A program made the translations under genes and the position numbers. A model generated the notes under the pieces. It was not told the DNA's origin. It ran no database searches and saw only the letters and a program-made list of their open reading frames with translations. This document shows positions 32,958 through 44,079 of a stretch of DNA of 64,000 nucleotides, in pieces (the first letter of the stretch is position 1; every line of letters begins with the position of its first letter). The DNA is from an uncultured Nitrososphaeraceae archaeon. Lineage in GTDB: Archaea; Thermoproteota; Nitrososphaeria; Nitrososphaerales; Nitrososphaeraceae. The stretch covers positions 25,001 through 89,000 of the forward strand of contig CAWGVG010000006.1 of the NCBI GenBank assembly GCA_963825865.1. Reading direction: 5' to 3'.

Positions 32958-35875
32958 CTACCTCTCCAAACGGTTATCAAAGTCCTCTGGATTTGGGTAA
33001 TTGGGTGAATCTGGATGAGACTCTTCTCTATGCTTTACCCGTTTGATATTACAGTCGTTTCCGTCGTTGCCCTCGAAACAATCATCACAATAAAAACACT
33101 TGAATATTTTTCTATAACTGTCCTCATCATTGTTATTTGCTAACACACCATGGTCTTGGGAGACTTGGAATATATCGTCCGCATCGTCCGTATCGTTCGA
33201 ATCCTTGGTATCGCTAGAGATTTGAGCGTAGTTTTCAGCATTATCGTCGGACGGTATTTCATTATTATCGAACGGTATATCGTCCGCATTTTTTATAATA
33301 TCGTCCGAAATATAGCTAGATATATCGCTAGAGATTTGAGCTTGATTCTGGCCTGCAGCCGATCCGTTGGACGGTTCGGACGGTTCGGACGATATTCTCC
33401 AGATCTTCACGACCTTAGACCTTTTTGTCTGATCAGTGAAACCTTTCTCTATTATGATGCCAACTTCTCTAAGGTTTGCCTTTACTTCATTGATCCTCCT
33501 GCTCAGGCTATTAGGCGCCTTTGGCCATGACCTATTTTGGAAGGTTGTATTTATGTGCAGATTGCTGGCAACTGTATTTAGTTCTTCAAGCAATTGTGTC
33601 ATAGTTCCTTTCCATAATTTGCCTTCCCTATCATCTACGAATTGCTTGATGACATTACCTACTACATGCGCATTTATCGTCTCTTCAGATTGAAGGTTTA
33701 TGTTATCGTCATATGCCTTGGTAAAAGCGCCTTCTTTATTGTCCATGGCAGCGAGATATGATTTCACCAATTTCAGCAAAGTCTGCAAATCTTGGATACG
33801 ACTTTAATTCAATTCCTCCATTACTTATAATCCTCAATACTTTGGACAGGATATCAAAGATATACCCTAGCAATTTTGGTCTTATTTCCTCAAATTCTTG
33901 CCATATAACCTGCAATTTCCGTCTTTTTTCCTTGGGTATTGGTTCAAGTTCTAGGATAAGACCCCAATCGATAAGATCTGACTCTTCAGCACCTAGGTTT
34001 ATCCCATTAATCCCTATACACCGCTTGAAACTATAGATCACGTCCTCATCGTCTGTGAACAATTCCCTTTTAGAAAATGCATCCCCAGTTACACCCCTAC
34101 ACAAAGCATCTGATACCTTTTTAGGGATATCAGACACATTCTCATAATAGCAGACATAGTTATGCATCATTTGCTGTGCCAACTGTGCAATATCTGTAGG
34201 AAGTGATAGCGTCATTGCAGGGCTTGGGTCCACTAGAATTCTTAACAACTGTTGAAATGTGGTCTTTGCTGCTTTTGGCTCTCCATGCAACATTAATGCG
34301 GGTTTTATGATATCTGGGTAGAACATTGCAATGATGTAGCACTTTAACAGTAGTTTTTTATCCTCACCTGAGACATTGATCAATTGCATGAACTGGTCAA
34401 AGATATCTCTGGGATATTCTCTTACGGGGTAAACTTGTGGTTTTTGGTCTGCTATACCTTCTAAAGATTATAGGTGCTTGGCCTATGGTCCAACCATTTT
34501 CTTCTGAAGAAGTAGTTATCTTTACAGATTGACAATCCTTATTTGCCAAATCGTAATAGATCGTGAATGGACCCTCTTTGATCTTGGAAACTCTCAACTC
34601 AAGTTCCTTTCTAACACCTTCAAAGTCCGCCCTTGCCTGCAATATGTTGAGGATACTCGCTATATGCTCGCCGTTTAACATGGCGCTTTTGCCAGATGCT
34701 TCATAGAATTTATGGCAAAGCCAATGCTTGAACCTAGCGCCTTTGAGTTGAAGGGTTTCTAAATGGCCATCTATATTTACAGTTGCGTAAGGGTTCCCAA
34801 ATTGATCTTGAAAGAATTCAGGGCAATGGCCTTCAACTAGCTCTATGGCCTTTTGAGTCCAGGCTTATCTGGTTTATTCTTAGCCAGACCCTGAGAGGTT
34901 TGAATAATATCGTCCGAATCACCCATATCGTCCGACGACGGCGACATTGCAGCCTTGTTAGTTCCATAGATAAACATGGTTGCATCACGCCATTGTCTAT
35001 CAAATTCACTATCGTCTAGCGGGGATACAATGCTTACCGTTCCAATCTCTAGCAAACCCCTTTATTGTCTCTAAATCTAGAATGTTTTGGTTGCGTTTGA
35101 TAAGTGATTCCATAGTGCGCAGTAGTGCCTCGTGACGGTTATGACCTTCATATACCTTGAAATCTGACTTGAACAGATCTTCAATTGGTATCTGATTTGG
35201 ATTTTTTGATGATCTTCCATTTCCATTTTCTTGTAGATATGAAATACCATACCTCTTGCAAACATTATCTATATGCTTGCCTCAAAATCGTCTGCAATAA
35301 CTGGCTCTTGTGTTCCTATTATCTGGAATTGTTGTCCATTCTTATGCATAGAAGGAGAGCAGAATAATATTCCATGTTCGCCTAAGCCTTTAACTTCGAT
35401 TGCGGGGATCTCATGCTCTCTATTTTATCCGTTAAACCTGCTGTTGGTTTTATTTTTATCATTGCTCTTCTTTGTAAATGGCTTGTATGAATAGACATAG
35501 ACGTGCGCTCTATTTGTGTCATCTGGATGCTGCCTCAACTAAAGTCCATTGGCTTAATTCTTTAATTGAAATGGCTTTACCATCATATTTGCAAACCTCT
35601 TCTATAGCCTTTGAGTTATCTAGATCAATTCCATTAAGGTTTAACCCTGGTTTTTGATTATTATGCCATACCTTACCTAAAATAACAGCCATACCGTCTG
35701 AAAATTTGTTTTCAGATTTCCATTGGTTATGAAGTTCTTCAGGAATTGGTTTATCTTGCCATTGGTCCCAAGGAACTACTGGTTTTTTATTTTTAGTATC
35801 TGCAGGTATTACATTTACGCCTATATCATAACGCCAAAAGTCAGTCCATTCGTTGATTGTTGCAATACTAGCCAG
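32958..35875 (-). pseudogene. Prim-pol (bifunctional primase-polymerase) fused to a helicase-like ATPase, multiple frameshifts
   Basis: CTG start; GVNVIP.DTKNKKP...W..WQ, GIDLD, RAHVYVY, IEVKG....LFCSPS.HKNG; LHGEPKAAKTT, YENVS, GINGIN; C-terminal CFYC..H Zn finger. Confidence 0.8.
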
Positions 35876-36065
35876 TTTTAAAAGTCACCTTTTTTTGAAG
35901 AAAAAGTAGCATCATTTTTATTTCAAGTATTTCTGCACGAGTGTGAGCCTGTGCCTTCTGAAAGCTATCAATTCTTCCCAAGACATCGTCAAGCTTTTTA
36001 TCTCTATTTGGTGTGGAAAAGAAAGACTTATCCTTTGGATCGTTGTAGTTATCTTGAGAGGTCAT
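35868..36065 (-). CDS. Small hypothetical protein
   Basis: In operon with the replication gene. Confidence 0.5.
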   Translation of the reverse strand: MTSQDNYNDPKDKSFFSTPNRDKKLDDVLGRIDSFQKAQAHTRAEILEIKMMLLFLQKKVTFKTG

Positions 36066-36082
36066 TTAAGCAATCTCATCTC

Positions 36083-36391
36083 CTATGACATTGCCTGATG
36101 ACTGCTCTGGTCTGTTGGTTGAGTTGGGGTTGGCTGGTAAACCTTGTCCTCCTCAACCTTTTTTGTAATTGTATGACAACTATGTCGACAAATGAGCCTT
36201 AATCTATTTCCAGTAATTACGTCACTATAATTACCTGTGCATTGATTACAAGGTGCTAAACAAACTTCAATTTCACGTATTATTATATTTTCAGATTTGT
36301 TTTTTATAAGGTCATTAGTAGCAGTATTATCTACAGAACTTGATTTATAGGTGCCTAATACTATTGTCGAGGGTTTGGTTTGGTGACTCAT
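36083..36391 (-). CDS. Cys-rich hypothetical protein
   Basis: CLAPCNQC...ICRHSCH. Confidence 0.6.
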   Translation of the reverse strand: MSHQTKPSTIVLGTYKSSSVDNTATNDLIKNKSENIIIREIEVCLAPCNQCTGNYSDVITGNRLRLICRHSCHTITKKVEEDKVYQPTPTQPTDQSSHQAMS

Positions 36392-36555
36392 TGTTCTGTG
36401 ATGGCACCCCTGATACCGACACTATTGTTATTTTTATTACCGATCTTAATCAGTTCATTAATCAGTTGGTCGTATGTTTGACTTTTATGTCCTATTTTCC
36501 TCAGGAGCTCCCTAGTTGGTTTCTTAACAATTATTGTTGTGTAAACTTCAGGCAT
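36388..36555 (-). CDS. RHH DNA-binding protein
   Basis: TTIIVKKPTRELLRKIGHKSQTYDQLINELI; paralog of 43712-43852. Confidence 0.8.
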   Translation of the reverse strand: MPEVYTTIIVKKPTRELLRKIGHKSQTYDQLINELIKIGNKNNNSVGIRGAITEQ

Positions 36556-36598
36556 ATTTGCAAATATATATAACACAGAGATACTGACATATAATACG

Positions 36599-36625
36599 CC
36601 TATACTCCTATACTAGACCTATACT
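36599..36625 (+). promoter_or_regulatory. Three direct CCTATACT repeats in the divergent promoter
   Basis: At 36599, 36607 and 36618. Confidence 0.55.
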
Positions 36626-36629
36626 ACGT

Positions 36630-37598
36630 ATGACAAAAGTAAGTAGCGAGACAGACGAGTTGAATCATTTACGAAAGGAAAATCAGGAGTTGAAGCACAA
36701 ATTGGCTGAACTACGAGGTGTAGCATCACTAGAAGAGACGAACATATCTCTAAGACAAATGTCAATATTGGATTACATAAAAAAGAATCCAGGAAAAAAT
36801 AAACAGAATGTAATTGAATGGGGAGAATCTCTGAAGATCCCTATAGGATCAAGAGTAACCATTATGAATGCGATATCTGATCTTGATAATTTAGGAATAA
36901 TAAAGGTTGAAAAAGACAAACCCAATAGCACAATACACAAATTATATGTTAATGAAGACAGTATTTTGGTTTTCTTAATTGAAGAACTTGATTCTTTTGA
37001 AAAAGACTTTTCTGTTTTAATATAAAAAGTAAAAGACAAAATAAAAGGAAGAGATTTTGGCGATATAACTTACTCTAAAAATGAAATAGCATTCTTTACT
37101 TATTTCTTTGTAGTTTATCAACAATTCATTGGAATGCTTGTATTACATGCCATATCTACATGGCCAGCCAAATTAAATAACGAAGATACACTCAAAAGAC
37201 TATATGCAATGCTATTCTCATGGCTGAGAAAAATCCAATTAAACCTGACAAATGTTTTTGATTTTAGATCATATTATCCATACACATATTATATCGATGT
37301 GCAGGCGACTATGGCTCAAGCTTGGTTTGTGTTACAACCTCAATATATGAAAGATTTACTTTGCATAGCAAAAGAATATGATGCAGTAAGTGAAATAGAA
37401 AATGTATTCGACGTGGTATGGAAAATAAGTAAACCATTTTTTAGATATTCTATGTGGGCTAATCCTCCGCAGTCTGGAAAACAAAACAAAGATGGCAGTA
37501 TGGCCTACAAAGATCGAAATAGCAAACAGCTTGCTGAACTAAATCCAGAAAACTGGAGAGAACCATTAATGAAATGGGAAGGTCAACAAGAACAATAA
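36630..37598 (+). pseudogene. Large wHTH regulator, frameshift near 37020
   Basis: ILDYIKKNPG.NKQ...SRVT.MNAI.DL...GII; paralog of 42594-43655. Confidence 0.75.
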
Positions 37599-37643
37599 AT
37601 GCTCAACATTATTATAAATCAATATTAATCTTGTTTAGTTTAA

Positions 37644-39140
37644 TCACTTATCCGCTAGTTTTAAAAGACCAGAGGAGAACAAAGATTGCGCCATTGTATT
37701 GAACTGTTTATTATCTTGAGTATGACATAATCCTCCAATTAGTTTTTCTAACATGGACTGCATATTGTCGAATTGCTTTTGCATCATAGTTAATTGGTTT
37801 TCCTTCTGCTTCTGTGACTCTAATGCTTCTTGGTATCCTTCAAAGCTCATTATCATTTTACATTTGCTGCAGAACTTGCTATCTACAGTATTACCTTCAT
37901 TGCAGTTAGGGCACATTTTGGGATTTAGGGTATCAATTGGAACATTATTTTTATTCTTTGTGACAATGCCATATGCTTCAAGCAATGATTCAGAAGATTC
38001 ATTACCAAAATAGTGGATGTATTTTTGTACCATGTTGCTATTCATTGTCCAACCAGCATGTTGGTTCAATGTGTTGGATTTTAGCTTTGTAGATTTTTCA
38101 GTTAATGCTGAATGGCGCCTTATGTATGGGTTAAATGGTTTTGTGAGTAAGGTTTTGATTTTCTCTTTGTCTTCATTTGATACTGTTGCATCTTGTAATA
38201 ATTTAGGAAAAAATTCTTCTTTGTAGTCTTTGTAAATCTGCTCCAGACCACCAGTAGATAGTGGTTTACCTGTATTACTCCTACCTAGTCCTACAATAAG
38301 TGGAGATTTAAGGTTATTACGGCTTGGGTGATTTGATAGCCATTCTTTGATATAAGGTATTGATTGGATTAATGGTATATGTCTTGAACCAGTTTTACCG
38401 TTGACTAGTACCTCTGCATACTGATACTTACCATTGTCTACAGTTTTGAACACGATATCTTTTATTTTCAGGTTCAATATTTCATGGGGACGTGCAGACA
38501 AATCTCTAGCCATTGTATGATAGCACCGATCTCGTTTGTTTGTAACCCATTTTAAGAAAAGAACATCGTCTTCTTGCGTCCATAGATCAGATGGTTTGTA
38601 GCAACTTACCTCTTTTCTCTTTAGCTGGGGTACACCCATAATACATGCAGGTTTTCTCTCATTTTCAGATAGTTCATTTCTTCTTTTAGGAGTATCTACA
38701 TTAGGATAACAAAGCCATTTAAAAAATCTAAATAATATGATACGTTTTGTATTGTAACTCCCTATCCATTTATGCAATGGGTCATCATTTTCTGATTTTC
38801 TACAACTGTCTAAATATAACAAAACATCATCCCTTGCCATATCCTCAAATCGTTTTTCTATGCCAACAGACTTTGAGAGTTCTGACAGAAATTGAATTGT
38901 GTATTTTATGTAGCTGAGTCTAGGATTAACCTCTCTTTTCATCGCTATAATATATTCAGATATTGTCAGGGCGTTTTCTTTAGATAATCTACTCCTATCT
39001 TTTAGGACTAATTCGCAAAATTTGGCCGTAGTAAAACCTTCTGTTGCCAAAGTAATCTTTCTATCTAATACGACATCTCTTTCTTCATCCTTTGACGCTG
39101 CTAATATTGCTTCTACTGCTTTGTTTGAACGCCTGACCAT
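37644..39140 (-). CDS. Tyrosine recombinase/integrase with C-terminal Zn ribbon
   Basis: SARPHE, GKTG, YIRRHS, AGW, KYIH; CPNC...CSKC. Confidence 0.93.
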   Translation of the reverse strand: MVRRSNKAVEAILAASKDEERDVVLDRKITLATEGFTTAKFCELVLKDRSRLSKENALTISEYIIAMKREVNPRLSYIKYTIQFLSELSKSVGIEKRFEDMARDDVLLYLDSCRKSENDDPLHKWIGSYNTKRIILFRFFKWLCYPNVDTPKRRNELSENERKPACIMGVPQLKRKEVSCYKPSDLWTQEDDVLFLKWVTNKRDRCYHTMARDLSARPHEILNLKIKDIVFKTVDNGKYQYAEVLVNGKTGSRHIPLIQSIPYIKEWLSNHPSRNNLKSPLIVGLGRSNTGKPLSTGGLEQIYKDYKEEFFPKLLQDATVSNEDKEKIKTLLTKPFNPYIRRHSALTEKSTKLKSNTLNQHAGWTMNSNMVQKYIHYFGNESSESLLEAYGIVTKNKNNVPIDTLNPKMCPNCNEGNTVDSKFCSKCKMIMSFEGYQEALESQKQKENQLTMMQKQFDNMQSMLEKLIGGLCHTQDNKQFNTMAQSLFSSGLLKLADK

Positions 39141-39287
39141 ATAGATTTAAGATTAAATGATTAGATAATAATACTTTCCATGAGAAATTATTATTTGCAC
39201 ATAATACTAAAGGAAATGAGTTTTCGAGAATAAAGAATAAAAAGATGAAGAGAGGATGCAAAGCGCTACTTTTGCTCTTTTTTTATT

Positions 39288-39383
39288 TTACTTAGGCTTG
39301 TCCGCATTTTTAGCAACTTTTTGTCGTGTCTTCTTGCTTGCGGAAGCAAGTCCTCTTTTACTACTGGTAATTTTTTTAGCCAT
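39288..39383 (-). CDS. Very small basic protein (KGG/stress-like)
   Basis: MAKKITSSKRGLASASKKTRQKVAKNADKPK. Confidence 0.45.
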   Translation of the reverse strand: MAKKITSSKRGLASASKKTRQKVAKNADKPK

Positions 39384-39908
39384 CTAGCAAACTTAATTTG
39401 CTTTATTATATATTAATATCTATATATAATATTTGTACATTCTTTGATAAGTTATCCTTGCTATAATTTTAATTAAATTCTTTTTGTACACTTTCTCTAT
39501 TTTTGTAATAAGAGCATTCTCTTAAAACATCATAACCAATTCTAACCTCTGCTTGTATTGTTATTTTCTGTCTCTAAAGAATACATAAATAAACACAAAA
39601 GCATTTAACTGAGAAGGAATAATCCATTGAGCATATGCGTTATTTGCTTTTGTCAGTAGCACTTGCAACCCACAAAAACAGTAACAGATAATCGCATGAT
39701 TCCAAACAATAATTTATTATTGTTCATTTAGATATATAGTACAGTAGATTATAAAAATAGAACAATCCTAATTATTTATCGTATGGATAATAAATCAAAG
39801 TCTTTTACGATTAGAATTAGATAATCTAATTTCTCGTTGTCAGAACAGCCTATTCTGTATTTCTAGATTGATTACAGAATTTACCTACAATCTTTTGAAG
39901 ATATGGTA

Positions 39909-40025
39909 GGTTTGTTTATCTCCAAAAGTATTATCGATGCTCATGGTAGCAAGGTTTGGGCTAAAAATAATGCAGATGGGAAAGGAGATACGTTTTACTT
40001 TAGTCTGCCAATAAGCAAGAGATAT
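39909..40025 (+). pseudogene. Histidine kinase HATPase C-terminal fragment
   Basis: GLFISKSIIDAHGSKVWAKNNADGKGDTFYFSLP. Confidence 0.8.
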
Positions 40026-40494
40026 TTAATACAAAAAAATCGAAAGCCTAACTTTTTTCTTTTAGAATTCTGTTTCTGAAAGATGAGTGACAAAAATGAG
40101 TCAAATTTGTTCAGAATCCCGCTAACCACGTCAGATATATACGTCTTAAATTAGCTTCCAAGACATAGATGTAATAATCTCGCATATTGCTCCTTAGACA
40201 TGCTCTAAGTTATCAATAAAAAACCAAATTATATGTCAATATTAATATACAATTATCTTATTGTCGTTTTAAGTTCCAATATAGAATTTCCTTTCGTAGC
40301 TGATTTTGAAATGATATGTGCAAATCTCGAATGCGAGACTTCTGATTTGCAGATTGATTATATATAGCTTAATTTCGAACTATGCTAAGATTGCTTGTTG
40401 ATGTTGTTAGATCAATAGAATCAAAGTCCGCAGTATCTACAATGGCAGCGTAATCAATCGCTTTATTTATCTTATAGTGTAGCGATTATGGCAT

Positions 40495-40731
40495 ATGGAT
40501 GAGAAGCCACAACAAGGAATAGCAGATACGTGGCGTAAAAAAATTGAAATGATAGGCATAAACATAAAAGATTTAGAGTTGGATGACGAAACAGAAGCAC
40601 GCCTTAAATTAAAAACAAACCTTATTAATCAACATTTAATAAATGAATTAGATAAAATCGGTCTACAGCTAATAAATATTAGAGCAACATTTAATGGTAA
40701 ACTTGTAGTACTTTTAGAGCCGAAAGTTTAA
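40495..40731 (+). CDS. Hypothetical protein
   Basis: 78-aa ORF. Confidence 0.55.
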   Translation: MDEKPQQGIADTWRKKIEMIGINIKDLELDDETEARLKLKTNLINQHLINELDKIGLQLINIRATFNGKLVVLLEPKV

Positions 40732-41226
40732 CAAGATAAAGTACTATGAAGTATTGACAGAAAAAAGAAAAGATCTCATGTGTATAGATCTAAAACAGCC
40801 ATGAAACATCTAGTTGTGTGTTTTTCTTAATGTCTTTATTTATCTAAACTATTTTATCTTAATTGCGGATTTAGACTCAACTTTATATAATTTTGTCTTA
40901 GTCTGGGAGGCCGTGCTGGATTGTTATATATATTCACAGAATTTAGCATATACAAGTATATACATAAGACGTTGTTTGAAATATACATCAGTCCAAGTAT
41001 CAGAATGGCCTAGACGATAGATTGATTTGGGTCGGATAATATCGTTCGGATCGTTCGAAATAAGAGAAGAACCTATCAAGCCTTGTGGTATATCTATCTC
41101 TGGTTACTGGAGAATTCATCGCGTACTTAAATATTGAATAGGGATCTAGGCATTCTATCAATTCTTTTTGTTTTCACCATATTGTTTGTAAAACCCACTA
41201 AAAAGGAGTGATATCACAATGGGCCC

Positions 41227-41259
41227 AAGGGAGTTCGAAGCCTCGGTTCAAACTCCTTT
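41227..41259. other. Candidate integrase att/core site (13-7-13 inverted repeat)
   Basis: AAGGGAGTTCGAA-GCCTCGG-TTCAAACTCCTTT, 53 nt upstream of the integrase. Confidence 0.45.
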
Positions 41260-41312
41260 AAGTTACCTTAAAATAGTAACACCACAAGTACTGAACACCA
41301 ACAAAGTATCAA

Positions 41313-42582
41313 ATGAGAGATCTATACAACAGACAAAAGACATTAGCAAACTGGATTAAGAGAGTAAATGAAGATCTTATAGATGCCGACAAAGCAGATG
41401 TTTTAAAACTCATAGAACATATGCAGGATAGAGAAAAAAGCATTCTTTGGATAGTTCGGTGTATAGTCAACCTTCTTTCCATAAGAAGACAGCTTGGGAA
41501 ATCATTTAGAGATGCTACTAAAGATGATATAAGGTTATTTTTGAAATGGATGGAACAGAAAGGCTACAAGGCATCTACTAACGAAAAGTTCAGACAAGTT
41601 TTGAAACTATTCTATAAGATCATATATGGCAATAATGAATATTATCCAGAGCAGGTAAAGTGGTTCTCCTCAAAACTTGGAAAAGAAAAGACTGGTAAGG
41701 AAACCAGTATGGATATGGCAGAATATTTGGAGGAAAACGAGATTCAAAGAATAGTAGAAGTGGCTTGTACAACTCAAAAGAAGGCTTTTCTTGCGTGTAT
41801 GTATGAGAGTGGAGCAAGGCCAGAGGAATTCTTGAGACTTACTAATGCAGATATAAGGATTGATTCTAATGGCGCAGTTCTTATGCTCAGAGGAAAAACA
41901 GGAGAGAGAAGAGTGAGAATAATATCTTTTGCAAAACTGCTGCAACAATGGATAGAAGTACATCCACTCAGATCCCAGAACTATTATCCGATTTGGATAA
42001 GTGAAGCTACCAACTTCAAAAATAATGCACTAGGACTCCGGGGTGCTGAAAAGGTAATTGAAGAGGTCTTACCAGGAGCAGGACTAACGAATAAACATGC
42101 ACGTTTGTATATATTGAGGCACTCTAGAGCTACACACCTTGCTAAACACCTTACAGAAGCTCAAATGTGTGTATTTTTTGGCTGGGTACAAGGAACACAG
42201 GTAGTTAGGCGTTACATACATCTATCAGGTAAGGATGTAGACAATGTCCTCCTGGCAATAAATGAAGGAGACAAGGCAAGAGTAACAGAAGAGTATCAAT
42301 TAAAACCCATAAAGTGCACTAGATGTTCTGAAGCTATTAGTCCAGGAATCGAACTTTTGCTCTAGGTGTTCATTACCAGTAAATTTAAGTAAAGAACTCA
42401 CAAGAGAAATGGAACTTGAGAAAGAGAACAAAGAGCTTAAAGAAAAGTATAACCATGATATGAAAATACTTCGTGATGAGATGAATCAGAAATTTAGTCA
42501 TATTATGACATTGATACAGCAAAACCCAATGTTGGCACATGTCAAGCCAGAAGTACTTACAAAGAAAATAGATAGCAAATGA
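41313..42582 (+). CDS. Tyrosine integrase (frameshift near 42350 in the Zn ribbon)
   Basis: YESGARPEE, GKTG, YILRHSRAT, FGW, RRYIH; CTRC / FCSRC tail ends TGA 42580-82. Confidence 0.9.
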
Positions 42583-42593
42583 AATGGTTGTAC

Positions 42594-43655
42594 TTAAAAT
42601 TTGTTAGACGGTTCTAGTGCATCTTCTAGGTCAAAGGAAATTCCACTCTTTTTTAGCTTTTCTTTATATGCGGCTAAAGATGACCTCCAATCATTCTTTA
42701 ACATTTCTTTTAGTTCACGTCTTTCTGTTATTTGTTCTTCTGACATGTATAGATATGGTTCTTGAAAGAGAAAATCATCTGCTAATCCCGTATATGGATA
42801 TATCTTGAAACTAATTTTCCATGCATCATTAAGCAAGCCATGGATATCATTTCGCAGATTAATTTTCTTGGACTGACGATGCAAGGACATTAGAAAAACA
42901 GGATGTAAGAGAAAGCAATTCCGCACAAAGTTTCCAATTACGGGACTGTATAAAGTTCCGGCTGTTGCTTGTTCAAATGGTGGTAGGCCGATCTTGATTT
43001 TAAAGAGCTCAGACATTTTAAAAAGCAAGTCTGTCATCTTGGAAATAACAATATTTAACAATTTTCTAGCATACGCTTTGTCACCAATGCTAAATGGCCA
43101 GTCCAGTAAGGCGTATACTATGTAAGAATTTAAAACGTGTCTGTATATTTCAATTAGGTACAGTAGAAATCCTTGGGCATCAATGTCAGAATTATTCTCA
43201 ACTGAACGTTCTGCCTTTGAATCTTTTAGCTTAATTAATAATAATAAAAAGGAATTTTGGAAATCATCAAGTTCCAATATTTTCATTGCTATGATATTAT
43301 CAGTATTTATAAAAAGATGATGCATATGGCTGTTATTTTCATCAGGGCTACTGATTATAATTCCATAATCAATCAATTTATCCATTAGATTCCAAGCAGG
43401 TCTTCTAGAGAGTGAACCTATACTTTCAAAATAATCTACTAATTTTTGCTTGATACAACCAGGGTTCTTTCTTATGTATTCAATGGCTAATAATTCATTT
43501 TTTGTGAAATTATTGTCTTCATCCTCTCTTATGCTTTCGTTGTATTCTTTAATTTTTGACCTTTTTGCATACTCATCTAGAGTTTGAGCATGCTGTATTA
43601 TCTTCTCAATTGCAGTTTTATCAACAATAATTTTTTTGTCCCATGTCGTATACAG
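42594..43655 (-). CDS. Large wHTH regulator
   Basis: Frame is open upstream of 43385 to a CTG at 43655; IEYIRKNPGCIKQ...SRRPAWNLMDKLIDYGII. Confidence 0.75.
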   Translation of the reverse strand: MYTTWDKKIIVDKTAIEKIIQHAQTLDEYAKRSKIKEYNESIREDEDNNFTKNELLAIEYIRKNPGCIKQKLVDYFESIGSLSRRPAWNLMDKLIDYGIIISSPDENNSHMHHLFINTDNIIAMKILELDDFQNSFLLLLIKLKDSKAERSVENNSDIDAQGFLLYLIEIYRHVLNSYIVYALLDWPFSIGDKAYARKLLNIVISKMTDLLFKMSELFKIKIGLPPFEQATAGTLYSPVIGNFVRNCFLLHPVFLMSLHRQSKKINLRNDIHGLLNDAWKISFKIYPYTGLADDFLFQEPYLYMSEEQITERRELKEMLKNDWRSSLAAYKEKLKKSGISFDLEDALEPSNKF

Positions 43656-43711
43656 TAGTATATGGAAATATGTTTCGTAGTATATAACGCTATGTAATTC
43701 ATTATTTCTAT

Positions 43712-43852
43712 ATGTCTAAAACAACAATTCTTGTCGAAAGCAAGACTAGAGAGAATTTAAAACAACTAGGTACAAAGGGCCAGACATACGACGACCTTAT
43801 TAATGAATTGATAGAAATGAAAAGAAATTATCAGGACCCACTCGAATCGTAG
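43712..43852 (+). CDS. RHH DNA-binding protein
   Basis: MSKTTILVESKTRENLKQLGTKGQTYDDLINELI. Confidence 0.8.
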   Translation: MSKTTILVESKTRENLKQLGTKGQTYDDLINELIEMKRNYQDPLES

Positions 43853-43904
43853 AATTGAGACCCTGCAATCAAGTGAATCCTAAAGCACATAGGAGTTGAG
43901 CCCC

Positions 43905-44066
43905 ATGAGTGAAAGTACAATATCTTCAGAAGTTAATAAAAATATATGTGAAGCATTAGCCTGCTTTGCAGAGGCTACTACTAAGATTGAGTTAAAACTA
44001 GGCCGGAAGGGAACAATCACCCTAGATCTCTGTAAGGACTGTGTGAAGCGGTTTCAGCATAACTGA
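43905..44066 (+). CDS. Small zinc-finger protein
   Basis: CEALAC...AT.......LDLCKDC. Confidence 0.7.
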   Translation: MSESTISSEVNKNICEALACFAEATTKIELKLGRKGTITLDLCKDCVKRFQHN

Positions 44067-44079
44067 GGTTAATGAAAAA

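Noticed and set aside
41219-41260. tRNA gene
   Set aside because: Only T-arm/acceptor-like fragments; no D or anticodon arm.
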